Virus record (IMG/VR): IMGVR_UViG_3300017963_000190
Span: 196,068-260,067 of that record
DNA length: 64,000 bases
Reading direction: 5' to 3' (one strand)
In this document: positions 55,162-63,759 of the stretch, in pieces
Numbering within the stretch: the stretch's first letter is position 1
Layout: each line of letters begins with the position of its first letter
Position numbers and translations under genes: made by a program
The notes under the pieces: generated by a model
What the model was told of the DNA's origin: nothing
Database searches by the model: none
What the model saw: only the letters and a program-made list of their open reading frames with translations

Positions 55162-55770
55162 CACCCAGCTCATTTTTCCATGATTTATTGAGCTGGGCAA
55201 CTGACAAAATCATGGTGAGGAAATGCAGGAACGGGTGAGGTTGCTGGTACGTAGCCTGTAAACCGAGTTTCCAATATTCGAGGCACTGGACAACCAGCAA
55301 ATCTGCCAACGTTCGGGTGGGCGCCCACGGCGTGGCGGAGATACTTAAAAGGCGTCCAGGCGGCAGGTGGGGCTACAGTGCAAGCCTGTCGTGGAGGGAG
55401 AGAGCGGACACGCATGCCCCACCTCTCTTCCGGACCCTCGTGTCTAGCTGCCTTCGTCTCGGCAGCGGGGGCGCGATGTAAGAGGGTGGAGGCGACTTCG
55501 TGAGCGCATTAGAAACCCTCCCTCCTAGGCAAGAGGGTAAAACTGCTAGACCCTGCTCACATGGTCTGAGCTGGCTGTAGAAGCTACGGTGGAGGTCAGT
55601 GTTTGAGGATCGAGCAGAAACAGGATGGCCCCTCGCGCCCTGTTGTAGGCTAGACGTGGGGTGTCGGTAGCGGCGAGCATTGGTGGCCCGCTTTGCTGTT
55701 CTGGCGCTCTCTTGGGTAACTGGGAGGTTTGACGAGTGGCTGCCTTATTGATGTTTCCTGAGCAGGAAGT
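55162..55770 (+). ncRNA. large (~600 nt) highly structured ncRNA candidate
   Basis: 5' pseudoknot, many helices, no ORF; embedded among tRNAs. Confidence 0.55.
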
Positions 55771-55782
55771 AAAAAGGTTTGT

Positions 55783-55923
55783 GCATGAGTGGCGAAACGG
55801 AGAAGCATTGCTTCTATGAAACGCTTTATCGGTAATTGAGACGTGGCCGATACATACCGACAAGGCTGCGGTGCAAACATCGCGGCGCTTCCGGATGCAG
55901 GGTTCGAGTCCCTGCCTCGTGCA
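55783..55923 (+). ncRNA. tRNA-Leu-like RNA A (7/6 fold, anticodon arm replaced)
   Basis: GCATGAG/CTCGTGC-A; GCAGGG-TTCGAGT-CCCTGC. Confidence 0.7.
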
Positions 55924-55955
55924 AAATCCTGGGCATGATAGCAAAAACTGCCCGT

Positions 55956-56100
55956 GCGTGTGATTGCGGAAAATTGGTCCGCTACAGCAAGTTGCAGCCA
56001 CCCTTAAAAGTGCTGCACAGACACGGCTTGCTACACCAGTACAGCTTGCGTAGTGCGCTACGTATTGTTGTGCGCAGGGTTCGAGTCCCTGCCGCGCGCA
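55956..56100 (+). ncRNA. tRNA-Leu-like RNA B
   Basis: GCGTGTG/CGCGCGC-A; same T-arm. Confidence 0.7.
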
Positions 56101-56160
56101 ACACTGTAAAGTACGAGGCCTGGTTGCGCACCCGATTAAGTTCAGGGGAAAGTCCAGGGT

Positions 56161-56306
56161 GCATGCGTGGTGGAAGAGGTAGACACTAACGAGTAAATCG
56201 TTGAGGGTAACACCAAAGGGATGAGGTTCGAGCCGGTGGCGTAACCGCTGCCGGTAAATAAGCCCCAGAGTCGAACCATGCAGGGTGCAAATCCCTGCCG
56301 CATGCA
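56161..56306 (+). ncRNA. tRNA-Leu-like RNA C
   Basis: GCATGCG/CGCATGC-A; D-arm TGGTGGAAGAGGTAGACAC; GCAGGG-TGCAAAT-CCCTGC. Confidence 0.75.
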
Positions 56307-56437
56307 GATTGGTTGCAACGCAGCGCGGGACTTCCCTGCTCTCGCGTGCTGTGACTTGCAGCTAACTGGGAGTGGATGCGTCTTTCAGGGAGGCTTTACT
56401 CACTCACAGCGACCTGGGATTGTCGTAAAAAGCACCA

Positions 56438-56559
56438 GCGTGGATGGCGGAAAAGGTAGACGCTACTGAATGGGTATGTCGAACTGCTGGCAAAGCCGAT
56501 AAATTTCACCCATGAATGTGCAGGACGACACTGCAGGGTGCAAATCCCTGCTCCACGCA
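56438..56559 (+). ncRNA. tRNA-Leu-like RNA D
   Basis: GCGTGGA/TCCACGC-A; D-arm TGGCGGAAAAGGTAGACGC; same T-arm as C. Confidence 0.75.
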
Positions 56560-56751
56560 AAGGTAGCACGACTATTTTTCAGTTGTGGTCGTAGCAGTAG
56601 CCAAACGAAAACGCCCGGTAACTGAACGCGAGTGAGAGTAGCCTTGGCCCAGCTCCTCCGGCGATCGGGATTAAATATGGGCCACTTTTAATCATGGTTC
56701 ACATTTTTCTGAGCAACGGTCTCCTGTTTTTAAATATTACAGGAGGTCAGT

Positions 56752-57111
56752 ATGAGCAGAACGAGGAGAAAACTGCCAGGCAGGTTCTTCAAAAAGGATC
56801 CCTGGTGCGGTGAACCAGATAGGGAGTGGTACGACAACTACCTGCTTGCGATGCAGCGAGGCCACTTGGTGGCTGGTTACGTGCACTGCTACCCGCGGAG
56901 AGATGGTGGGTACCGTTGGTACGAGACCGCAGAAGGCCCAGTATCCAAGCGGTACTACAAGAGGCTCGTGCGGAGATTTCGGCGCCGGGTGGCGAAGGAA
57001 AAAATAAGACAGCTCTCACAGGAGATAGAAAAAGATGCCGAAGAAAAAGAAACAGGCCAAAACAGAGGGCAGGCTTCGGAGGGCACGCAGATTAAAAGTA
57101 CCTGGCAATGA
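56752..57111 (+). CDS. Arg-rich basic protein (MSRTRRK type)
   Basis: AGGAGG SD. Confidence 0.6.
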   Translation: MSRTRRKLPGRFFKKDPWCGEPDREWYDNYLLAMQRGHLVAGYVHCYPRRDGGYRWYETAEGPVSKRYYKRLVRRFRRRVAKEKIRQLSQEIEKDAEEKETGQNRGQASEGTQIKSTWQ

Positions 57112-57719
57112 CCGCGAGTATGTCCTATGGGGCATTTATGATAAAGGTGTTTCCTTGTTAGCGTCGGACGTAAGCCTTTTTATGGGACCGGACCCTGATG
57201 ACAAGACCGCTTGTCTGGAAGGGGTCGATCCCGAGAGCATCATCATTGTGCGGTAGCATCGGAATGCCGACAGTAGATCTGAAAGACACGGTAATCAACG
57301 TTCCCAAGAATGCGCTCACCGCACGTGTGTTCTACAACATCGGCGAGGAGCGCGTGGAAATCGCCACCGTGGTGTCTAAGCCTCCGGCTTGGGTGACAAT
57401 TCTTCGGTACGCTGCTTGCGTGTTGATTGGAGCTCTTGCAGGAGGAGCTTTTATCTGGTACACGAGATAAGCGGTTTGGGCGACGCAGGCCGCGAAACAA
57501 CGTAGCCAAGAGGGCAGTTCATATTGAACATCCATGGTGCGCTTGAAGCTGGGTTGTTGGGACAGTCGCTGCGTTGGGCGAAGCGCGCATTAAACTGCAA
57601 GCCCCGGTTTATGGGTGTTGGCCTCAGATTCCCGGCAGGACGTTACAAGCTGCCGAAACGGGCAAGTGAGCTCTTGCATTTATTGGTGGTCCCAGCTAGG
57701 ATGTAATGAGCTCGCGTCT

Positions 57720-57792
57720 TGGGGCGTCGACAAGTGGAAAGTCACCGGCTTTTGATGCCGGCATTTCGTAGGTTCGAATCCTACCGCCCCAG
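57720..57792 (+). tRNA. tRNA-Gln(TTG)
   Basis: TT TTG AT loop; U1-A72. Confidence 0.9.
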
Positions 57793-58007
57793 TAGGTGAG
57801 GGATGCAGCATTACCTCACTGTGGCAGTGTTTGAGCTAAGCGATCGTAGGTTTAAGCATTGCTGGTTGCTGTGCACAGGACCCCGCTGTGGTTAAGAAAG
57901 TGTGGGCGTTTCCGGGTACCGTGATACTCGGCGCGGACTAGTGCCTGATAACCGTGATGTAAATGCAGGCACACGGAGCTCACGGTTAGCCGCTGTGGGT
58001 TCCAAAT

Positions 58008-58083
58008 GGGCGATTAGCGAAGTGGCTTTACGCGGCGGTCCTACAAACCGCGACCTACGCTGGTTCGAACCCAGCATCGCCCA
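58008..58083 (+). tRNA. tRNA-Val(TAC), atypical (C33)
   Basis: GCGGT-CC TAC AA-ACCGC; GGGCGAT/ATCGCCC-A. Confidence 0.75.
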
Positions 58084-58128
58084 TCGAACTCCTGAGTATA
58101 GTTACCTGTAGGTAATGATCAGGAGTTC

Positions 58129-58833
58129 ATGATGAGCAAAAAGACCGAAGCAATTAAATTAAGAATGCGTGGCCATACCTATAAGGAGATAAGCGGCGCT
58201 TTAGGTGGAGTGCCAAAGAGCACTTTATCTAGCTGGCTTTCTGACGTTCCGGTTTCTGGTAGGGCGAAAAAACGGCTAGCTCGCATCAGGCGTACCCGTC
58301 AGGCTGAATGGGCCAGAAAAGGTTCGCAGGCTATGGCTAGAAAATCCCGAGAGCATAGAGCATCTTTGCTTAAAGGAGCACAAAACCAGATTGACGGACT
58401 GCGTTTGACTGTTGGCACAGCCGCTTTGGTGGGAGCGGCGTTGTACTGGGCGGAGGGAGACAAAGCACGCAATATGTTACGATTCACGAACTCCGATGTT
58501 GTTATGATGAAATTCATGCGTCGCTGGTTCGTAGAGATACTGAACGTTCCTCCATCTGACTTGCGCTGCGCTGTGCATGTGTATTTGAACAATGGTTTGA
58601 CGTATGATGAAATCGAGTCTTGGTGGTCTAAAGCGTTGGGCATCCCAAGAGTGTATTTTTACGCTCCTCAGTTAAATAAGGCTCCTAAATCAAAGAAAAA
58701 TAAAAGGACGCGCAAGCTTCTTTACGGCACTATTACATTATCGATTTTGTGTCCGCAGAAATATAGGGCACGGTATTTTGCCTTGTTAAGCAAGCTAGGG
58801 GCAGACGATAGTATCTTTGTGGAAGTAGGGTGA
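58129..58833 (+). CDS. HTH + LAGLIDADG-like putative homing endonuclease
   Basis: TYKEISGALGGVPKSTLSSWL; VGAALYWAEGDK...FTNSD; paralog of 15767. Confidence 0.7.
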   Translation: MMSKKTEAIKLRMRGHTYKEISGALGGVPKSTLSSWLSDVPVSGRAKKRLARIRRTRQAEWARKGSQAMARKSREHRASLLKGAQNQIDGLRLTVGTAALVGAALYWAEGDKARNMLRFTNSDVVMMKFMRRWFVEILNVPPSDLRCAVHVYLNNGLTYDEIESWWSKALGIPRVYFYAPQLNKAPKSKKNKRTRKLLYGTITLSILCPQKYRARYFALLSKLGADDSIFVEVG

Positions 58834-59102
58834 AGAGTGTTATGTTCCGGTGCAGCGAGACTGAAGAGAAGGCTTTCGTGGAGCGCATGCGCGAAAAGTA
58901 CCTAAGCGGCACGGACATGCTCACCGAAAAAGAGCTCGTCAAGGAGTTCAACAAGTTTTTGGGAGACGGTCTGGTCGCTTTGAGACGAGTCAAGTGCGAT
59001 GAGGAAGGGAACGTCACTGGTGGGGTTTTCTCCTTCGGTCCTCCTAGTGAAAGACCTATCGCTGTGCGTGTGTTCAAGAAGATCTTTTTGACCGAGTCTT
59101 AG
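58830..59102 (+). CDS. hypothetical protein
   Basis: GTGA coupling. Confidence 0.5.
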   Translation: MKSVMFRCSETEEKAFVERMREKYLSGTDMLTEKELVKEFNKFLGDGLVALRRVKCDEEGNVTGGVFSFGPPSERPIAVRVFKKIFLTES

Positions 59103-59104
59103 CC

Positions 59105-59353
59105 ATGAGCAAAAAAGATCCATTCTACCGTCAATGTCGATTCCAGACCATTACCGGCTCACCTGTAAAAGTAGACACCGCGTGGATTCCCGAGAAGTTC
59201 GCGCAGGTGGGTAAGAAGATCTACATCGGTGAGAAGCGTCCAAACCCTGAGGAGATCTGGGAAGTAACGCACGTGTTCGACCGGCGCCCCGAAAGCTGGG
59301 TGGTGGAACACCGAATGGATCACAAGCATCAAAGGAAAATGTCCGACGTCTAG
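59105..59353 (+). CDS. hypothetical protein
   Basis: YRQC...TAWIPEKFA.VGK phage motif. Confidence 0.55.
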   Translation: MSKKDPFYRQCRFQTITGSPVKVDTAWIPEKFAQVGKKIYIGEKRPNPEEIWEVTHVFDRRPESWVVEHRMDHKHQRKMSDV

Positions 59354-59572
59354 GAGAATCCATGGCCAGTAGCTACCTCCCAAAGTGGAAACGGTTTTTG
59401 ATCCAGTATACTCCTTTCCTTTTCAAGAAGTGCCCAGGCGGCAACAACCACTGGTTCTGGGACAGGCTGTGCTTTTGCCAATGTGGTGAGCACCACTCAG
59501 ATTGGCACGGAGGCATTTACGATTTTCAAACGAAGCGTGAGTACCAGCATTGCTCGCGTTGCAAATAATTTT

Positions 59573-59856
59573 TGTGCACGGTAGTTGGCTTAAAGGCAGC
59601 CATCTTAAGAGTGAGGCGAAGACCTGCTGCCAGGATTCTGGATAGCGGACTTGAATACGGTTACTGCGGTGAATTACAAGTAGCCCAAACGCTATCGTCC
59701 GGTCGAGCCGAAAGTGCGAGCTCGCTACTCGCACGAAGAGGTTCGGGGGTAGCTCCCCCTAGACCGCCGAGGCAGGAGTATTCTCGGTTAAGTGTGAAGG
59801 CACCCCGGAGACGGTAAGGCCTGATCCCTCTTTGGCGTAATAGCACGCCGTGCACA
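59573..59856 (+). ncRNA. 23S rRNA L11-binding domain (H43/H44) mimic with a ~210-nt insertion
   Basis: GTTGGCTTAAAGGCAGCCATCTTAA...GCGTAATAGC closed by TGTGCACGG/CCGTGCACA. Confidence 0.75.
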
Positions 59857-59887
59857 TTTTTCTTTTTGTGGTAAGGAGTAATAGATC

Positions 59888-60148
59888 ATGGCTAACAATC
59901 AACCACAACCTTCCATGCTTTTTGTAGTCCTCGATGAAAGCGAGGCGATCCAAGTACAAAAGCACGGTTTGGGTACCGGAGTTATGTGCCATAAGACCCC
60001 TCCAAAGCGCTGGCCTTTGCATAAAGTGGGCGCTGTGATCCGCTTGGACCAATCCCACGCGTGGGCGAAGAAAGTGAACAGCCATGTTTGGGCACTCCAG
60101 GGGCAGGTGCACCCCGACCATATCAGTCTTTACGTACAGGAAAAATAG
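59888..60148 (+). CDS. hypothetical protein
   Basis: AAGGAG SD. Confidence 0.5.
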   Translation: MANNQPQPSMLFVVLDESEAIQVQKHGLGTGVMCHKTPPKRWPLHKVGAVIRLDQSHAWAKKVNSHVWALQGQVHPDHISLYVQEK

Positions 60149-60150
60149 TG

Positions 60151-60486
60151 ATGGCTGTTTACATGAAGGTGTTAGTCGGCTCCCAAGTGAGCGATAAAGC
60201 TTTGGTGGCCGCTGGTGTTGATCTCGAAACAACAGACGAGATAGACCGTTGCCCAGCTCTCGGTAATTGTGCTGTAGTGCGCGATCCCCATGGTGATGGT
60301 TGGTCCTACGTGACTTGCTACTTACGTACATTCCTTCCTAGCGCTGGGTCGGAATTTCAGGTTCCAACGCTTATCTACGGCAGCTTGATCGAGGACGTCG
60401 AGCAAACCATACAGCCTATCCTTACGGAGATAGGTTTGTGGAACCCGAACCAATTTGGGGTGTGGATGTTTGGAGGCGATGGGTGA
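60151..60486 (+). CDS. hypothetical protein
   Basis: Collinear ORF. Confidence 0.5.
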   Translation: MAVYMKVLVGSQVSDKALVAAGVDLETTDEIDRCPALGNCAVVRDPHGDGWSYVTCYLRTFLPSAGSEFQVPTLIYGSLIEDVEQTIQPILTEIGLWNPNQFGVWMFGGDG

Positions 60487-60754
60487 CAGACAAAGAAGCA
60501 CCGCTTTCCGCTGTGTACGAGGCACACGTTTTGGACATGGCCGAAGAAGCCGAAGCCGAGGCAGATTCTTTTCAGATCCTGGTGGAAGACGATGATACAG
60601 GAAAAGACGCCTGGATGGTAATAGTTCCTGCCGCGAAAGGGTTTATGTTTTTGTCGCGTCCGATTAAGGGCCTGCGTACCATCCCGCCAGATGCAGACGT
60701 GAGCAGCGCCGTTGACTTTGAGGATGCGGAAAAATTCGTCGTGGAGGAGTAACC

Positions 60755-61009
60755 ATGGCTAGACGATCAAGTAACGAATCGATCGTGGACCCCTATGTGG
60801 GGACCAGCATCAGTCGCACGTTCCCGCTATTTTTCTGGCGCCGGTGTGACAAATGCAAGCAGGAGTTCCGTCGTGAGTGGGGTTGGTACTTCGTGACTGG
60901 CCCGTACTACAATGGTCGAGGACACGGACGATTCTTATGCGGATCCTGTGCTAAGAGCTGGGACGACGTGGCAGCTTACACCAACTGGAACTGTAATTAC
61001 ATCAGCTGA
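60755..61009 (+). CDS. Zn-binding hypothetical protein
   Basis: CDKC...CGSC. Confidence 0.5.
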   Translation: MARRSSNESIVDPYVGTSISRTFPLFFWRRCDKCKQEFRREWGWYFVTGPYYNGRGHGRFLCGSCAKSWDDVAAYTNWNCNYIS

Positions 61010-61235
61010 TTGTTATGGGCACCATCAGAAAAATACCCAAGTTTCTAGGCGACGGCGTGTGCATCTTCCCCGCGTTGGAGTCGGAAAAGACGGCCTACGC
61101 CAACGCTGCTCCTCTTGCTGATCAATGCGCTGTCTGCGACGGACGCGGTCAAATAATCGTGAGCAAGCCTAAGCGTCACCTGGCGTACATGACTTGCCAC
61201 GGATGTCGCGGAAAAGGCGTCAAAAAAGAATCCAC

Positions 61236-61847
61236 ATGAAGACGTACCCAAGCATTCCTTATCCAGGACGTAAAGGTGTCGGTGAACGCCTGCATACCTT
61301 TGCCAAGCTGGATGGGTCCAACCTCCGTTTCGAGTGGAGCAAGAAGCGGGGTTGGCATCGTTTTGGTACGCGCAAGCGGCTCATCGATGCCAGCACTGAG
61401 CTATTCGGGGAAGCCATTCCTCTTTTTATGGGAACGCTAGCAGATCCCATCGGGCGCATTGCCACCGACAAAAAATGGCAGAGTGTCATCGTCTTCTGCG
61501 AGTTCTGGGGAGCTGAGACCCTGGGTGGCTGGCATGTGGAAGGTGATCCAAAGCATCTTACTGTAATCGACGTCAATACCTACAAGAAAGGTTTTCTGCT
61601 GCCCACTGAGTTCTTGAAGCTCTTTGGCAGGTATGGACCGAACTATCTGGGCTACTTTACGTGGTCTCCTGGGTTTCTCCAGCAACTGCAAGACGGGGAG
61701 ATAGAAGACGCGGGTTTTGAAGGCGTCGTGGGAAAAGGCACGAAGGGCAAGAAAATAATCCGCTATAAGTATAAGACACAAGCCTGGAAAGACGCGGTCC
61801 TCGCTCGGCATGGAGAAGAGCTCGGGCGCAGGATCATCAATAGTTGA
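61236..61847 (+). CDS. putative ATP-dependent RNA ligase
   Basis: YPSI, AKLDGSN (motif I), FCEFWG, FEGVVGK, YKYKT. Confidence 0.75.
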   Translation: MKTYPSIPYPGRKGVGERLHTFAKLDGSNLRFEWSKKRGWHRFGTRKRLIDASTELFGEAIPLFMGTLADPIGRIATDKKWQSVIVFCEFWGAETLGGWHVEGDPKHLTVIDVNTYKKGFLLPTEFLKLFGRYGPNYLGYFTWSPGFLQQLQDGEIEDAGFEGVVGKGTKGKKIIRYKYKTQAWKDAVLARHGEELGRRIINS

Positions 61848-62067
61848 TGCCATGAAGGGTCGCTGGCTGCTAGCCACCAACGGACGTCGGCACTACTTTC
61901 GCACAGAGAAAGCGAAAATCAGTGTCTGTGGTTGTATGCCGATAGACCGCTGCTATCCAGAAGAAGTAAAGCCAACCCGAAGGGCGCACGATTGGCCTTG
62001 CAGCACGTGCACGCGGTATGCTAAGAAAATAGAGCAAGAGAAATCACAGTGCTGTAAATGCTGTGGC

Positions 62068-62139
62068 GCCCCTATAGTTCAACGGAAAGAGCGGCGCCCT
62101 CCTAAGGCGTAAATCCAGGTTCGATCCCTGGTAGGGGCA
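62068..62139 (+). tRNA. tRNA-Arg(CCT)
   Basis: CT CCT AA loop. Confidence 0.9.
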
Positions 62140-62142
62140 AAT

Positions 62143-62787
62143 ATGAAATTCTCAATCCAGTCGAATAGAAAGGCCAAGGAGCTCGCAACCAGCCGCCTTG
62201 ACCTGCTGGACATTGCAGGAACCCCGCTGCCGTGTATAGTGTCTTTCGACACGTCTACAATGATGGGTAAGCGCGCAGATGGCTCTGAGGTGAAGGTTGC
62301 CTCTTTTCGTTTCGTGCCAGCGAACGAAGAGGAAGAGGAAATACTGCGCGATTTTTTACCTAAGAAACTGCAGGCGCACCTTCTTCCTGTAGACAAACGA
62401 ATACTTACCCATCTATTGGATCGCAAGCTGCTTTCTGAAGCAGCCTACATTGTAGGTCGGGGAGCTCGCCCCATCGCTTTACTGGGTTGCATAGACGCTT
62501 CTGAGGAAGAGGAGCGTGAAGTCTGGCGAGCTCTGCTTGAGTCCTGTAGCTTTGAGGATGCGACCATCCGTGCCTTCGTCCTGCACCATACTATGGATGG
62601 GGATAAGGTGGTAACGTTTGGTTACGCCCAGCATCAGTGGGCCGTCGACTTGCTTAAGCATGCGTACACCAACACGATGCCTGAATGCCTCACAGATATC
62701 CTCGAAGGAGTTTTACTGGGCTACAGCTCGGAAGCTATCCAAAAACACTACGAGCGCTGTAAAATACGAGAAGAGCACAACCGTTGA
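62143..62787 (+). CDS. hypothetical protein
   Basis: C-terminal GVLLGYS..AI motif. Confidence 0.6.
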   Translation: MKFSIQSNRKAKELATSRLDLLDIAGTPLPCIVSFDTSTMMGKRADGSEVKVASFRFVPANEEEEEILRDFLPKKLQAHLLPVDKRILTHLLDRKLLSEAAYIVGRGARPIALLGCIDASEEEEREVWRALLESCSFEDATIRAFVLHHTMDGDKVVTFGYAQHQWAVDLLKHAYTNTMPECLTDILEGVLLGYSSEAIQKHYERCKIREEHNR

Positions 62788-63674
62788 GGAACCCGATGAC
62801 GCGTTACACAACCAGAGACGTGAACAAATACTACCGGGACCTAGTGACACACAACTCAGCGGCGGGTGCTCTTATTGACATGTGGGTGGAGCTGGCGTTT
62901 GAGGGGAAGCGTCTTGTCTTTCATCATCCGCAGGGAGAACGGGAGGCGGCTAGGTTCGCGGAGGCTCTCCCTGGAATGATCGGGTCTGATCTATACATAC
63001 TCCTGACTGAATACCTGGTCTTCGGCCGCTTCGTGGCGCACGCTATTTTAGATGTCACGACGTACAACTATGAAGATCTCATCGTTGAAGACCTGGATTA
63101 CTGCCACATAACCATCAGCCCTTTAAATACCTTCGAACCGAAGGTGGAATTGTGCTGTAGCGAAGAGCAGCAAAAGTGGGCGTCTTCGCTCGATCCGCGT
63201 GTGGCGGAGCAGAGAAAAAACATCGATCCGAAAATAGTGGAGCTCTTACGTGCAGGGAAGCCAATTACTTTAAAGAATCCGCTTTTCTTGCCGCGTATGG
63301 CGCACGCGCATGATTATTTTGGTACATCCTACTTGGCAGGTGTCAAACCTGACATGTCTCCAGATGAAACGTTTACTGCGGTTGGCTTAATGCTTCCTTA
63401 CTGCGTGACAAACGAGAGGTTATTTCAAGAGCAGTTCTTGAACTATGCTGCCGAGCTACGCAGTCGCATCACGAACTACATTCTTCGGGAACAGCTTCTC
63501 CCGAGGATTGCCGAGGCCGCCGGCTACTCGGAAATCCCGTCGTACGCTTGGCTTGAAGACTCCGTGATGCCTCGTGATCCGAAGGCTATTGTTGTTCAAG
63601 CTTTGAAGGCAGCGGGGATAAATTGTTTCGGATACGCAGGAGAAAATCGCGAATCTGTAGAGCAATCTTGTTAA
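62784..63674 (+). CDS. truncated portal-protein-like paralog
   Basis: GALIDMWVEL...EYLVFG...DLDYC...EPKVEL...GKPI...HDYFGTS resembles jumbo-phage portal N-terminal halves. Confidence 0.5.
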   Translation: MRNPMTRYTTRDVNKYYRDLVTHNSAAGALIDMWVELAFEGKRLVFHHPQGEREAARFAEALPGMIGSDLYILLTEYLVFGRFVAHAILDVTTYNYEDLIVEDLDYCHITISPLNTFEPKVELCCSEEQQKWASSLDPRVAEQRKNIDPKIVELLRAGKPITLKNPLFLPRMAHAHDYFGTSYLAGVKPDMSPDETFTAVGLMLPYCVTNERLFQEQFLNYAAELRSRITNYILREQLLPRIAEAAGYSEIPSYAWLEDSVMPRDPKAIVVQALKAAGINCFGYAGENRESVEQSC

Positions 63675-63759
63675 ATACATATAGGCATTGAATCGAAAAC
63701 CTGCGGAGCGCAGGTGTAACCCCAAGAAGGCCAGCGGAGAGCTGGCAGGAGGAAAGCAG

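Noticed and set aside
55783-56559. tmRNA
   Set aside because: No G3-U70 Ala acceptor, no tag ORF, units too short and present in four copies
59573-59856. A genuine 23S rRNA gene or host contamination
   Set aside because: Only ~55 nt match, interrupted by a non-rRNA insertion and flanked by phage ORFs
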